A stretch of DNA of 63,079 nucleotides, filler included, from Octopus bimaculoides (GCF_001194135.2; 7 parts of 6 records of this genome joined end to end with filler, not necessarily neighbours in it); one strand, 5' to 3'. Positions 24,339-38,615 are shown, counted from the whole stretch's first letter. Made by a program: numbers and translations. Notes: generated from the letters alone by a model not told the origin.

Positions 24339-25019
24339 GACAGACGTGCTGTCACATCGGCTGCAGAGGTAAACGTTTATTTGACCTTTTATTGTCCACA
24401 TTTTGTTGGAATGTTTTAATATTTTTGTTGCGAAGCACCTAGGATTCATTTCTGAGTATTTTTAAAGGCAGGAATTAGCCCCCAGGGGCATTTTCGGCCC
24501 TAGCAAAATACAAAAATTTCTTTCTCGACATTTGAAAAATGTTGAGAAACATAATTTTGGAACGCCTGTCTTGTTCTTTTGATGAGCATTTCCCGAGGCT
24601 TCAGATGCCAGAAGAGAAAAAAGAACNNNNNNNNNNNNNNNNNNNNNNNNNNNNNNNNNNNNNNNNNNNNTTAATTAATTAANNNNNNNNNNNNNNNNNN
24701 NNNNNNNNNNNNNNNNNNNNNNNNNNTAATCTTTTTATTATATTTATCTTATGATATTTACTTTACTTTATATTATACTCATTTATTGTGCTTTTAATTA
24801 TTAATTTTTCTACATGTGATAGTGGATTTTCATCGATGAGTTCTTGAAAATTGGTTATTTTCCCTAAAACTATATATATTTTATATATACTTTATCTATA
24901 AGGCTCAATTAAATTTTTTATAAATTGATTTTAATTGAGTTTTTTACCTGTAATTTTGGATTTTGTCCCTAATAATATTATTATTATATATATATATATA
25001 TATATATACGCATATATAC

Positions 25020-25137
25020 ATAGAATAAGTACTACGCTCACAAAGAATAAATACTTGAGTCGATTTCTTCGACTACATGTGGTGCTCCACCATATGGCCG
25101 CAGTCACATGACCGAAGCAAGTAAAACAATAAACAAA
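25020..25137 (-). mobile_element. SINE family C-like 3' tail
   Basis: tagaataagtact...gtcgatttcttcgacta...ggtgctccaccatatggccgcagtcacatgaccgaagcaagtaaaa. This text is on the plus strand in the same sense as the tail of 29188-29655, so the strand call is uncertain. Confidence 0.6.
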
Positions 25138-25151
25138 CTATCCCATTTTAA

Positions 25152-25179
25152 TCCCAAACAACACCGGGTACTCTGCTAG
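25152..25179 (+). mobile_element. Helitron-like 3' terminus (eroded hairpin + CTAG)
   Basis: cccaaacaacaccgggtactctgCTAG followed by T; parallels the terminus at 49876-49905. Confidence 0.4.
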
Positions 25180-26492
25180 TATGTACATAATTTAATGTAT
25201 ATATATTTGTTGTGTGTGGTGCATGGTCATACCTATATCTATGTATGTATATCTATATATACGCTCCGACATAAAACTTATAAACTTCTAAATATGCGAG
25301 GGTTTGTACGTGTTGTTAAGTACTTTTTTGTTTCTGAATATGTTTATTTTCTCATCTAAATACAATAATGTAAGTGAGATTTAATGTTTACTAACGATAT
25401 ATGTGTATGTATGTATGCATGTATGTATGTATGTGTGTATGCGTGTGTGTGTGTATGTATATGGTTATATACAAATGGTTGGTTCTGCCCCTCAGTTTCA
25501 ATATACTTCAGTTCCATTTGTTAAATCAATTCATTCACGGTCAATTAAATAATTGAACTAATACAATTATAGTTCTTTGCTGCTAGCTTTGCCGGCGTCA
25601 TATTCATGAGTAGTCACTTGGAGAGGCGCAGTCATGTACACACCAGGGCCAAGAATGGATATTATATTATTTTCGATTCCTGCTTTCTAATTTTTGCGGG
25701 ATATGATTTATTTAATTATTTAAATATTTATTTGTTAGTTGGTATTTACTTTAGGGTAAAACACTATTATCTGAACTTGGCATTTCTGCAGCTTTTACTG
25801 ATTTATCAAACACTTACGCTGTTATTAGTATATTGTTAGAAATAGCCAAATAATACTCTGTTCATAGTAAGTAAAACATCGATTTATTAAGAATGTTTCA
25901 TTCAGTTTGCATCGTTATTTTATTCTGTACACAGTTGTGAATTAACCAACAAATTCAGACAATCTGCCATTCGCTCTATTATAACATATTGCTTTCTTTG
26001 TATTGTACTTAATGTAAGTATATTTCAAAATGTCAAATATATATACTGCAGTATTCGTTCGGGGATAACATTTCTTATACATGTAGTGTGTTAGAAAAAG
26101 AAAACACATATTACTTCTATAGCAGATGAAACACACGAGAACACTGGATGTGCATTCATACTTCGTTGGGTTTTGTCAATAGCATGTACACGCTGATAAC
26201 TACATTTAAGACGAAATCCATCGTTTTCAACACAAAAAAAAGAACACCGGTGTAATAATTAACTGCCCGACTGAATAATAATACTTTATATGTATCAATA
26301 TCAGTATTAGGTTAAAAATAGCCACCATTGTATCATAACTAATATAAACAGATGTATCGTAACTAATATAAACAGATGGTGAACTCATAAATTTACTGCG
26401 GTATTCGTCCGCAGATTTTATCCATATGAATTAACTTGAGTTTTAGTCACTCAATCGTTAATTTAGATTCTTGGAAAAATAATTTTCTTCAC

Positions 26493-27550
26493 AATGGGCA
26501 GGAGTGGCTGTGTTGTAAGTTTGCTTCTCAGCTTCATGGTTCCGGGTTTAGCCCCACTGCACAGCATCTTCCGTATGTGTCATCTACTCTAGCCTTGGGA
26601 CGATCAACGCTTGTGAGTGGATTTTGTAAACGATAATTGAAGGAATCCTGTCGAATACATATATATANNNNNNNNNNNNNNNNNNNNNNNNNNNNNNNNN
26701 NNNNNNNNNNNNNNNNNNNNNNNNNNNNNNNNNNNNNNNNNNNNNNNNNNNNNNNNNNNNNNNNNNNNNNNNNNNNNNNNNNNNNNNNNNNNNNNNNNNN
26801 NNNNNNNNNNNNNNNNNNNNNNNNNNNNNNNNNNNNNNNNNNNNNNNNNNNNNNNNNNNNNNNNNNNNNNNNNNNNNNNNNNNNNNNNNNNNNNNNNNNN
26901 NNNNNNNNNNNNNNNNNNNNNNNNNNNNNNNNNNNNNNNNNNNNNNNNNNNNNNNNNNNNNNNNNNNNNNNNNNNNNNNNNNNNNNNNNNNNNNNNNNNN
27001 NNNNNNNNNNNNNNNNNNNNNNNNNNNNNNNNNNNNNNNNNNNNNNNNNNNNNNNNNNNNNNNNNNNNNNNNNNNNNNNNNNNNNNNNNNNNNNNNNNNN
27101 NNNNNNNNNNNNNNNNNNNNNNNNNNNNNNNNNNNNNNNNNNNNNNNNNNNNNNNNNNNNNNNNNNNNNNNNNNNNNNNNNNNNNNNNNNNNNNNNNNNN
27201 NNNNNNNNNNNNNNNNNNNNNNNNNNNNNNNNNNNNNNNNNNNNNNNNNNNNNNNNNNNNNNNNNNNNNNNNNNNNNNNNNNNNNNNNNNNNNNNNNNNN
27301 NNNNNNNNNNNNNNNNNNNNNNNNNNNNNNNNNNNNNNNNNNNNNNNNNNNNNNNNNNNNATATATATATATATATATAAGTGTCTCCACGACCACTTGA
27401 CAGTCGGTGATCGTATGTTTACGCCTCCGTAATCTAGCTGTTGGCGAGATGAGACCGATTGAATAAGTAACTGACTAAACATTTAAGTATTTGGGTTGAT
27501 ACATTCGACCAAAAATACTTCAGTGTGGTACTCCAGCATGGCCGCAGTCT
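26493..27550 (+). mobile_element. SINE family C split by an assembly gap at its internal (TA)n
   Basis: Head gcaggagtggctgtgttgtaag...gtgagtggattttgtaaacga before the gap. Tail cacttgacagtcggtg...gtactccagcatggccgcagtc after it. Confidence 0.72.
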
Positions 27551-29187
27551 CGGCTGGGCTAATCCCAACTTGACGTGTATTATTACGTTTGCGCAAAATA
27601 TATTTCTCCTTTATGTCATCTACGCATTATCTATTACCTCAAGTCTTCCCGCACCCTGTACTTCAGTTATCTTAGATCTCTCCATTCTCATGTATATCTT
27701 CCGCTATGAGACTTAACTGTTTAGCCACAGACTTGCAACCGCTTCGATTTAGCTGCTCTCTTGAAAGTCTAACTGACATAGGTCGAAACCATTTTTAGAT
27801 TAGTTCTCTCTCTTAGTGGAGTTTACGCTGTTACAAGTACTGGAGCCAACTGTCCGGTGTTTGACGATATCTTTTCTCAGCCTTCCAACTAATCTCTAAG
27901 TCTCTTCAAAGGTCATAAACACTCACATACTTCTTAGCTAATACATTAAAAAGAAAATAATTTATATCATTAGGTATTTAGCTGTTCCCGAGAATGATTC
28001 CCAGTACATACAAATAAAAATGGGTTTATTTACAACACAATATATTACACAGCATAAAAAAAAAAGCCTTTTGGTATTTCAAAACTATTTTCATTAAAAT
28101 CAACATGAAAGAAAATGCAGTAAAAACAGTGTGGGGGAAAAGAGTGATGCAAATTCTTTAACCACACTCTTGCTACAAGTTCTTCCAGCGTTATCGCTGC
28201 CTTATAAATGTCGTGTGGGCTGGCGATAAATAATGTATCACTTCTTATTCAGATCGTTTCTTCTTGCTCATACATAATATTTTATTTATAATTATAAATT
28301 TGAGTCAAACGCCGAGAGTTTGATGTTGAACACGTACGTAGCTGACTTAGAACGGGGAAGCTCGTTTCTTATATGGCAGTAAATGACCATATATTGTCAT
28401 ATACTGAGATCTATCAATCTTGTTTATTGTTTTTGTATGGAACATATATTTTTTTCACCTCTTAATCAATAAGAAATGCAATACCCATTATGCATTATGT
28501 GGGTTCTTCCACTATCGTGAAGGAATCCTTGATTGGAATTCTCGCTCCGGTGATTTTAACAGCTTGGGCACTGATAAATACACCCAAAATTCCACTCATT
28601 TTGTGGAATTAGCGAGTAACGAGTCAATTCTGGCTACCAAATAGGCCATATTCAGTTTCAACGTAGAATGGAAAAGCTGCAAAGAAATAGCTCAAGGAAT
28701 CCGATCAGACTTATATACAATTACTCCAAGACAGTGCTTTATATTGAAATTTTTTGTCAGGCGGTACAAATGACATGTCAAAATTTTCCTCAGCAGGATT
28801 AGAACGCAAGGAGGGGAAAGTTGGAATAAAAACCGGTAATTATTATGTATGTCTCTCAAATATTGCTACTAATTCGCTACTTACGACTTTTCCATTTCCG
28901 TAAATTAGAAATTACCTATATTTTAGAACACGATTATCTCCCTTCTTCGACATTAGATCCAAGCAAACGGGTTTTGATTAGTGAAATATCTTTGGGGCCA
29001 AAATAGACTTGTGAGGAAATTTGTGATTTGAAGTTATAAACTTTAGTAGTGCGATTAAAGTTTCTCCCCCAGAGGCAGGGATATCATGCGCCGTCGAAAT
29101 TTAAATGATTTCCATATGGAATACTCATTCTTCGTAATTCTCCTTCCTTGTAATGCACTTCAAAATATAAACTTTATTTCTTATATG

Positions 29188-29655
<468 letters not shown>

Positions 29656-30239
29656 CAAGCGAGTAATTACTTATCTGACTGTGCTTTTGAGTTGATGCTC
29701 ATATGTAAATGAGTATGCGTGTGTGCATTCGCTTGTGCGTGTGTATGCGCGTGGTTGCGAACTATTAACATGCCTTTGCAGGCGAGTAAATGTATATTGT
29801 TTTATTCTGGAAATGAATAATGAAGACGCAATATACGTCAATTTACACTGTCAGTATCACAGTGCAGATTAAATAAAATATCAACGAATTCAGAAGAAAT
29901 AGAGAGAAGGAGAGGGAGAAGGGTAGACAGAGAACGAGAGAGAAAGACAAGGTGGGAGAAGCAGTGAGAATTAGTGAGAGATAATGAATGAGGGCGGTGG
30001 TGGGAGAAATATATTATGTGTTAGTGTGTTGTGTGTGTATACAGCAGTAACTACACTGAAAATAGATGCAATACTTCAATTTAATCGTTCTGAAAACTAA
30101 AGATCAAATTAGATAGCTATCTTATACCAGCTAGTTTGATTAATTTCGTCTCTTAAAATTTAAAACATTCTGTACGACATATAATTCACTGCTGGAAGCT
30201 AGAAACACAAATCATAAACAATTGAATGAATGGTTTAAA

Positions 30240-30262
30240 TTAAGACTAATAATTGTAATAGC

Positions 30263-30322
<60 letters not shown>

Positions 30323-30545
30323 TGTAATAATATTAACAACAATAATGAGAATGTTAATGAAAATAAGTACTACTACTGCAACTGCTACTACTACATCTAC
30401 AACAATAATTAATAATCTAAATAATAATTATTTCTAATATAGGCACAAGAATAAGAATTGCAAGTATAAAGGATAACAGTAAGAAGACGAAGAAGAAGAA
30501 GAAGAAGAAGAAGAAGAAGAAGAAGAAGAAGAAGAAGAAGAAGAA

Positions 30546-30577
<32 letters not shown>

Positions 30578-30687
30578 AGAGCAACAACAAAAACAATCTC
30601 GACAACCACAATGATAATAACAATGAAAACAATATAAATAATTCTAATGTAGGCAGAGGAATAATAATTACGAGAAGAAAGATTAAT

Positions 30688-30720
<33 letters not shown>

Positions 30721-30723
30721 AAC

Positions 30724-30780
<57 letters not shown>
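30240..30780. repeat. Compound (AAT)n/(AAG)n/(AAC)n trinucleotide array
   Basis: Direct reading. Confidence 0.95.
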
Positions 30781-31089
30781 AGCGATGAAAACAATAGTGA
30801 TGATAAATATAACAACTGCTGTTACTCATTAATATAAATTTAGAAACGAAAAAAAAAAAAGTAAATACAATTAAATTGAAAAATCCAGTATTAAATCTAA
30901 AATACATTTTAAGAAACACTAATTAAGGATTTTTCCTTCCACATGCGCAGTCGCATACTGATATTTACTTTATTTTCGGTAATCTAGAATATATATTTTT
31001 TTAATGTTTTTATTTTGTATATATATATGTCTTCTTTTTTTTCAGTCTATTTTTCATCATTTCACTATTCTTTCAAACGGACACAAACC

Positions 31090-31625
31090 CTTTTCTCTGT
31101 ATGTGTGTGTGTATAACTGTATGTCTTTGTGTATGTGTGTGAACGTACGTATGCGTTTGCGTTGGTGGATGAGTATACGCGAGGGTGTGTTTGAGCGTGT
31201 TTGTGTAACTGTGTATGTATGTGCATCTGTATTTATACGTTCTCTTTATACGTACGTGTGTATATGTATGTGTACGCGTGTGTACGTTTGTGTGTGCAAA
31301 TTTGCGCTTGTAAATGTGCGTATGTGGTTCTCTATTTGTGTTTGTGCACGTACGTATATGTGTTCGGATGTGCCCGTTCGCTTCTGTATGTGAGCGTCTG
31401 CGTGTGTTTGCACGTTTGTGTATGTGGCTGTAGGTGTGCTTGTGTGTGTATATATATATATATATCTGAGTTTCTACATGTGTGTGTACTTGTGCTTTTG
31501 CGTATGTGTATGTATGCATATATATACATATATGTATGTGGTGTGTGGGTGTGTGTATGTGTGTGTGTATGTGTGTGTGTGTGTATGTGTGTGTGTCTGT
31601 GTATGTGTGTGCATGTGTGTTTTGT
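31090..31625. repeat. Degenerate (TG/TA/CG)n low-complexity tract
   Basis: Direct reading. Confidence 0.85.
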
Positions 31626-32129
31626 TTTCACTTTCAGTCTAAGCTATATTTCTCTTCCTGTGTCATGTATTATTTTAGAATTAACAATTCACCATACATG
31701 GCATAAAACAGAACGTTTGCAATATGATTGTGTTATTTTCTATTTATTTTATATTATTTAATTTTATTTATATATTTCTCTAATATAATTCTGACATTTT
31801 TTCTTTATATATTTATTCACGTTCTTCGCTATTTGGTGCAATACTTTCTCTACGTAGCACTGAAAATCAATAAATCTTATAACGCTAATTGTTTTTTCTT
31901 TCTAATTTCTCAATTTTTCACTCTCTGAATTTTATTGATTGTCCTCCCTACTTTATTTCTTTCTTTCTTCCCTTCTATTTTTTTTCTCTCTCTCTCTCGG
32001 CTGTATTTTTGTTTTTTAATTGTTTGTCACTCTAAAAAAAAAAAAAAAATTCTTCCTCAGTTGTGCTGCGTACATTTACGGGATAGTGAAGCGCTTATAA
32101 TAGCGTTTATGAAAGGTGTAGGAGAGGAC

Positions 32130-32256
32130 GACGGCGACCACGATAATGATAATGATGAAGATGATTATCATGATAATCATGAAGATGATGACTATTAGTA
32201 GGAGGAGGAGGATGTGTATATATGCTGTTACCACTGTTAATAGTTTGGGTACGATA

Positions 32257-32318
<62 letters not shown>

Positions 32319-32524
32319 GGTGGTGGTGGTGGTGGTGGTGGTGGTGGCGACCGCCATCAAAACAACAATGACGACGGCAGTAATCATGATAGTGATAGTT
32401 ATGGTGGTGGTGAGGTGATGGTGGCAATGGTGATGACGATTGTATTGGTAGTGGTCGTCGTGAAGATGACTATATTGAAGCTTGCGACGATGATGATGAT
32501 GATGAGGATGATGAAGATGATGAA

Positions 32525-32585
<61 letters not shown>

Positions 32586-32700
32586 ATCATGAAGAGATGT
32601 AAGAGGAGGAGTTCGAAGATGAAGGAGAGGAAGATGGAGAAGGAAGAGTAGGGGGAGAAGGAAAATTACGAGTAGAAGGAGGAATTTGAGGAGAAGGAGG
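32130..32700. repeat. Compound (ATG)n/(GGT)n/(GAG)n array
   Basis: Direct reading; source of the poly-His and poly-Met ORFs. Confidence 0.92.
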
Positions 32701-33003
32701 AGTACGTTCTTTTGATGACATATTTTCCATGCCCTGAAAAGATTTACATTTAAACAATGTATTTGGCAAAAACTTGTTTTGAGAGGATCTAAGAGACTCT
32801 GATCGCTATTGAGACTACCGAACACGTGTTGGGGGAATCCTCTGTCTCAACGACATTTGATTCAATGTAAATTATATTTTCACAGTGAGAAATAATTTAA
32901 TGCATTTTTATTTAGCATATTTCAAAAGATATTTGTTTACACAGTGATGCAAACAAGTATAATACTTTGCATATACGTGTATATAAGTGCGTGTATATAT
33001 GTA

Positions 33004-33053
<50 letters not shown>

Positions 33054-33545
33054 CATATACACGTGTGTATATATGTATATATAAATATATATATATATAT
33101 ATGTATGCATATATATGCATATGCATATATACATGCATACACATATATACATGCATATATTTATATATGTACATACATTTAAACATACGAACATATATAG
33201 ATTTACGTGCAAAGCGGTGGTAGTGGGAATATTTCTTTCTCAATTAATATTGTTACGTCCACGTTAAACTACTAATTAATTCCGAAATTTTGATTAATTA
33301 CAAATTTACTTAAATCTACACGAACAACGAGCAGGTGTTCAAAGTCCACAAAGATTTTGTTTCATTATAATCTGCACTCGCAATTACTTCAAGTCTGGAT
33401 ACTGGACCAGTTGTAAATACGAGACACAAACATTTGTGCAACAAAAGCGTATTAGTATTAGCCGCAAAACTAGGTGCAGTATTGCACTTTGTATCCTGAA
33501 TTAATAACAACAACAACAACAACAATAATTATAATATTTGAGATT

Positions 33546-33828
33546 TAATGAAACTGAAAATAGGTGGATAAAGAAAAGAATGCATGGACAATTTCATAGA
33601 GATGTTGATGATAAGTCAGACAGAGAATAATGATGGCTATAGATGAGTGAAAATGATTTGAAACCGGAAATGGGGGCTCTAATCTGTGCTACCCAAGAGC
33701 AAGCATTAAGAGCCAATTACATCAAATACAGAATTGATAAAACATCAGAAAGTGATAAGTGCTGAATTTATGGACAAATTGGTGAAACCGTATGGCATAA
33801 TACCAGTCACTGTACACCACTAGCCCAG
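33546..33828 (+). mobile_element. R4/Dong-like non-LTR retrotransposon, C-terminal zinc-knuckle fragment
   Basis: One frame: RMHGQFHRD...WL*MSENDLKPEMGALICATQEQALRANYIKYRIDKTSESDKC*IYGQIGETVWHNTSHCTPLAQ. This is a degenerate CxxC-x7-H-x4-C region of the kind found upstream of the restriction-like endonuclease. Confidence 0.8.
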
Positions 33829-33994
33829 ACCAAGCACTGCTTGGAACTTCAGGAATTCTTCGCGGGTTTCCAGAAGCATGGCAAGTAAACAAGTGTCACC
33901 TTAGTCTGCTGGCTGTGGTCAGCTGACACTCTCCATCAGACCGACTAAAATAAGCTGTAAGTTTTCATATAATAATAATAATAATGATATAATG

Positions 33995-34203
33995 TGTTCA
34001 ATTTTTGCCACAAGCGTAGCAATGTTGGTGGAAGAGATGAGTCGATTACATCGACCCCAGTGTTCAACTGGTATTTAATTAATCTACCCCGAAAGGATGA
34101 AGACAACGTCGGTCTCGGCAGAATTTCAACTAAGACTTAGCGACGGGGTATATATTGCTAAGCATTTCAGCCAGCGTGTTGAAGATTCTGCCAGATCGCC
34201 GCC
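33995..34203 (-). mobile_element. SINE family A embedded in (TAA)n
   Basis: Family A modules flanked by TAA repeats on both sides. Confidence 0.82.
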
Positions 34204-34281
<78 letters not shown>

Positions 34282-34284
<3 letters not shown>

Positions 34285-34548
34285 CTGGAAAGAACATGTA
34301 GAATACGAAATAAATGTTATGATATGAGATTCGAGGAATTGAAACAAAGAATAGTTGCAACCAAAGCAAAATTGGAAAGATATGACAATAGAGAAAAATT
34401 TCAGACAAAACATTTTTTGAAGCAAATCAGAAGCTGTTTCAGGAACTAAATGTGTAAATACACGTTACAGTAATATCATATGCAGAGGAAAGCAAGGCAT
34501 TCTGGAGAAGCATCTGGGATCAATCTTTAGAGCATAATGATGAAGAGG

Positions 34549-34550
<2 letters not shown>
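34282..34550 (+). mobile_element. R4/Dong-like retrotransposon, pre-RT fragment
   Basis: FEELKQRIVATKAKLERYDNR.../FEANQKLFQELN.../AEESKAFWRSIWDQSLEHN, bounded by (TAA)n on both sides. Confidence 0.72.
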
Positions 34551-34602
<52 letters not shown>

Positions 34603-34603
34603 G

Positions 34604-34763
34604 AAAGCCATCCCCATTAGAAGAGGAATATTCCAGGGAGACACGCTCTCTCCACTCCTGTTCTGCCTGGCACTCACACCTTTAACAGAATTGCTAAATA
34701 GAACTGGATGCGGTTACAAATGCTATGGAAAAACAGTCAGCCACCTTCTATATATGGATGACC
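34604..34763 (+). mobile_element. R4/Dong-like reverse transcriptase core fragment, frame intact
   Basis: KAIPIRRGIFQGDTLSPLLFCLALTPLTELLNRTGCGYKCYGKTVSHLLYMDD with no stop. Starts directly after (TAA)n and is cut off by the artificial spacer. Confidence 0.9.
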
Positions 34764-34863
34764 NNNNNNNNNNNNNNNNNNNNNNNNNNNNNNNNNNNNN
34801 NNNNNNNTTAATTAATTAANNNNNNNNNNNNNNNNNNNNNNNNNNNNNNNNNNNNNNNNNNNN

Positions 34864-35290
34864 GTTATTCAAGAGAAAAGACCTAATCGGCAGCATGGAG
34901 TTATTCTGCTGCACGACAACACCTGCCCTTATATCACCAATATGACCAAAGAAGCCATTCAAACGCATGGCTAGGAAGTACTGCCACATCCACCGTACTC
35001 TCCTGATTTGGCACCAACTGATTTCCACCTCTTTCGATCTCTTTCAAATGCTATGCGCGGAGGTTCGTTCAATACTGATGCAGAATTGAGAGCTTGGTTG
35101 GATCAATTTTTCGAGCCAAAATCGGGTGATTTCTTCCAACGAGGTATTGAAAATCTTGTTGAACGTTGGGAAGAAGTTGTAAACAACAAGGGTGAATAAA
35201 TCATTGATTAATTAGTTGTTATTTTGTATTAAAGCTTTAAAAAAATTTAAATTTAAAAGAAACGCGGTAACTTAGTTGCCAACCCAATAT
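34864..35290 (+). mobile_element. Mariner (DD34D) transposon 3' part with right TIR
   Basis: ILLHDNTCPY...G*EVLPHPPYSPDLAPTDFHLFRSL...ERWEEVVNNKGE; 34 residues between the 2nd and 3rd Asp. TIR aaacgcggtaacttagttgccaacccaa is followed by TA. Confidence 0.93.
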
Positions 35291-35309
35291 AACTATATAT
35301 TACTAAAAA

Positions 35310-35545
35310 TCCTTTCTACTATAGGCACAAGGCCTGAAACTTGGGAGGGGGAGAAGTAAATTACGTCGACCCCAGCGTACAACTGGTATCATTATTCTAT
35401 CTTTCTTTTATTCGTTTATTTTTATTTTACTTGTTTCAGTCATTTGACTGTGTCCATGCTGGAGCACCAGCCCTAAACGTAAAGCCGGGAAATATGCCGC
35501 TAAGCATTTTGTTCGGCGCGGTAACGAACCCGCCAGCTCACCGCA
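35310..35545 (-). mobile_element. SINE family A interrupted by a family C tail fragment (about 35395-35475)
   Basis: Family A tail, then cagtcatttgactgtgtccatgctggagcaccagcc, then the family A head. Confidence 0.7.
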
Positions 35546-35549
35546 TTAA

Positions 35550-35580
<31 letters not shown>

Positions 35581-35929
35581 GTTGTTGTTGTTCTTATTGA
35601 TATAATGATTTCCTTATTAATCATAATTGTTGGCAAAAACAGCACAAGATGATACAGTGTGGGATTACATAAACATTTGATGAAAAAAAAAAATGAAATA
35701 ACAAGAAAAATGCAATTAAAAGAATAATTTCCCAAAAGTTGAGAAACCGACGAGAGTTGCTAATGGATACGCAACAAAAACAAGAGAGGCCTGGCAACCT
35801 GAAGCAAGTGCAACCCCCCAGTTCTCCTTTTCCAATATAGAAGCACCTGCTCGGTGCAAGCAGGGTTCCAAAGACAGAGTTATGGAATTGGCCTAAACTA
35901 ATGCGTAACATGAATATTTTTTCTATTTA

Positions 35930-36166
35930 GGCGCAGGAGTGGCTGTGCGGTAAGTAGCTTGCTTGCCAACCACATTGTTCCGGGTTCAGTCCCACTGCGT
36001 GGCACCTTGGTCAACTGTCTTCTTCTATAGCCTTGGGCCTACCAAAGCCTTGTGAGTGGATTTGGTAGACGGAAACTGAAAGAAGCCTGTCGTATATATA
36101 TATATATNNNNNNNNNNNNNNNNNNNNNNNNNNNNNNNNNNNNNNNNNNNNNNNNNNNNNNNNNNN

Positions 36167-36216
<50 letters not shown>

Positions 36217-36460
36217 TGTGTATGTATGTGTGTGTGTATGTATGTATATGTTTGTGTACCTGTGTTTGTCTCCCTACCATTGCTTGACAACCGATGCTGG
36301 TGTGTTTACATCCATGTAACCTAGCAGTTCGGCAAAATAGACCGATAGAATAAGTACTAGGCTTACAAAGAATAAGTCCTGGGGTCGATTTGCTTGACTA
36401 AAGGCGGTGCTCCAGCACGGCCGCAGTCAAATGGCTGAAACAAATAAAAGAATAAAAGAA
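35930..36460 (+). mobile_element. SINE family C, full length, gap inside its internal microsatellite
   Basis: Close match to 29188-29655; N-run at 36108-36166 lies between (TA)n and (TG)n. Confidence 0.92.
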
Positions 36461-36579
36461 AAAAAGAATATATATATATCCATATATATAAGGGGGATGC
36501 CAGTGTATGTAAATATGTATATGTATACATTTATATTGAGAGATACATAAATATATATGCATACGTCTGTGTGTACATT

Positions 36580-36640
<61 letters not shown>

Positions 36641-36827
36641 TTATATGGGAGAGAGAGGAGGAGGGAGGAAGGAGACAGATATTTTATGTATGTAGAAAAT
36701 GGTGTTTACATAGTTATTATTAATAGCTTCCTAATGAGATAAAGTCACTCCTAGTTTAGAAATTTGTGGGCGATATGTGAATATGTATATAAGAATAAAA
36801 ATGTCCGCGTGTGTTATGCGTTGGTTG

Positions 36828-36879
<52 letters not shown>

Positions 36880-37339
36880 TCTCTCACGCACACACACATA
36901 TACACACACTCATACAGACACAAATGCACACAAAAGAATTGAATTTTTATTCTTGCGATCGAGTCTCACACCATTACCATATTCAGGCGTGTAAATGTTG
37001 CAATACAGGAGCTGCATTGCAAAGCAATATAGTCTTAATAAATAATATACTCTAGCAAATGAATTGAGTACACCTTCCTTTCAGTGAAAGTCTACGAAGC
37101 TTAAAGATATATTGCATGTGTGTCAATGATTATTTTACATGGTGTTTGCATCAATGTGCTTCGATGATCGCACACGTGTGTGAGTGTGAGAATGTGAGTG
37201 TGTGTGTGTGTGTGCGCGCGCGCGTGCGCCTAAAGGTACATTTACTTTTGGCCGACCCCGTCAGATTTGACAAAGCTAAACAAATGTCTTTTGTTATCTC
37301 TTCCGCAGACAAACACACTCATTCATACATAGGGCTACA

Positions 37340-37378
<39 letters not shown>

Positions 37379-37521
37379 NNNNNNNNNNNNNNNNNNNNNN
37401 NNNNNNNNNNNNNNNNNNNNNNNNNNNNNNNNNNNNNNNNNNNNNNNNNNNNNNNNNNNNNNNNNNNNNNNNNNNNNNNNNNNNNNNNNNNNNNNNNNNN
37501 NNNNNNNNNNNNNNNNNNNNN

Positions 37522-37572
<51 letters not shown>

Positions 37573-38412
37573 CTGTATTCATATATTTATCTTTATATAC
37601 ACAATCATACAATCATATGCATATGTATATGCGTGTGCGTGTATGAGTGTGTGAATTTGTGTGTGTGTGTGTGTGTGTGTGTGTAAGTGTGCGTGGGGGC
37701 AAGAGGGTAGGAGGATCATTGCAATGCGGTCAAAAACTCGTTTGGAACCATACATAAGTAAATATATATATGTAACTGATATGTGATTATGTCAATCTAA
37801 CCATCCATCTTTTCTCCTCTGTCTCACTACACTTCCATTCTTCTCCTACAAACATATCTATATCTCTATATCTACCATATCTAGCCATACAGATACTTAT
37901 ACGTATACACTGATACGACCACATATGTATGTATATATGTGTATATATATATATATATATTTATATATGTATAGGTATATGTAAGTATATATGCACATAT
38001 ATATACACATATGTACATATATGCATAATATCTGAGATAAAATATTTCATGCTGTTTTACAAGGGCCCCATTGTAGGTGGCTATTATTTGATAAATGTAT
38101 GTATTCGATACTCTTTGTGTGCAAATTAGCCACGCATGCGCACTCACACTTGTATCCACAATCATGCACACGCATACAGACATCCACACAACCACCCATC
38201 CACACACTTACTTTAAAGAATCGGGTGGACATGATAAACGCGTACGCATAAAACAGAGATACTCTGGTATAGGCACATTCATTCATGTACATATGAATGA
38301 AAAGATATATATTCCAATGAATGCTTCAAGTCTTATTTCCATACATAGATATACATACACGCACATATTTGCATAGATTCTTGTAGCGTGCGTGGCTGTG
38401 GATTCATAACTA

Positions 38413-38615
<203 letters not shown>

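Noticed and set aside
26330-26378. 24-bp tandem duplication (gtatcataactaatataaacagat x2)
   Set aside because: An ordinary local slippage duplication with no further structure.
27735-27795. Third hammerhead candidate (ctcttgaaagtctaactgacataggtcgaaacc)
   Set aside because: GAAAC is present but there is no CUGAnGA at a usable distance, no stem III or NUH, and no stem I.
32076-32825. 249-aa His/Thr/Ile-rich ORF and similar homopolymeric ORFs across the window
   Set aside because: They are translations of (ATG)n, (GGT)n, (TA)n, (TG)n, (GA)n and related microsatellites, with no domain content.
33546-35290. A single composite element joining R4/Dong RT to the mariner transposase
   Set aside because: The two are separated by an artificial spacer, so their adjacency is unsupported.
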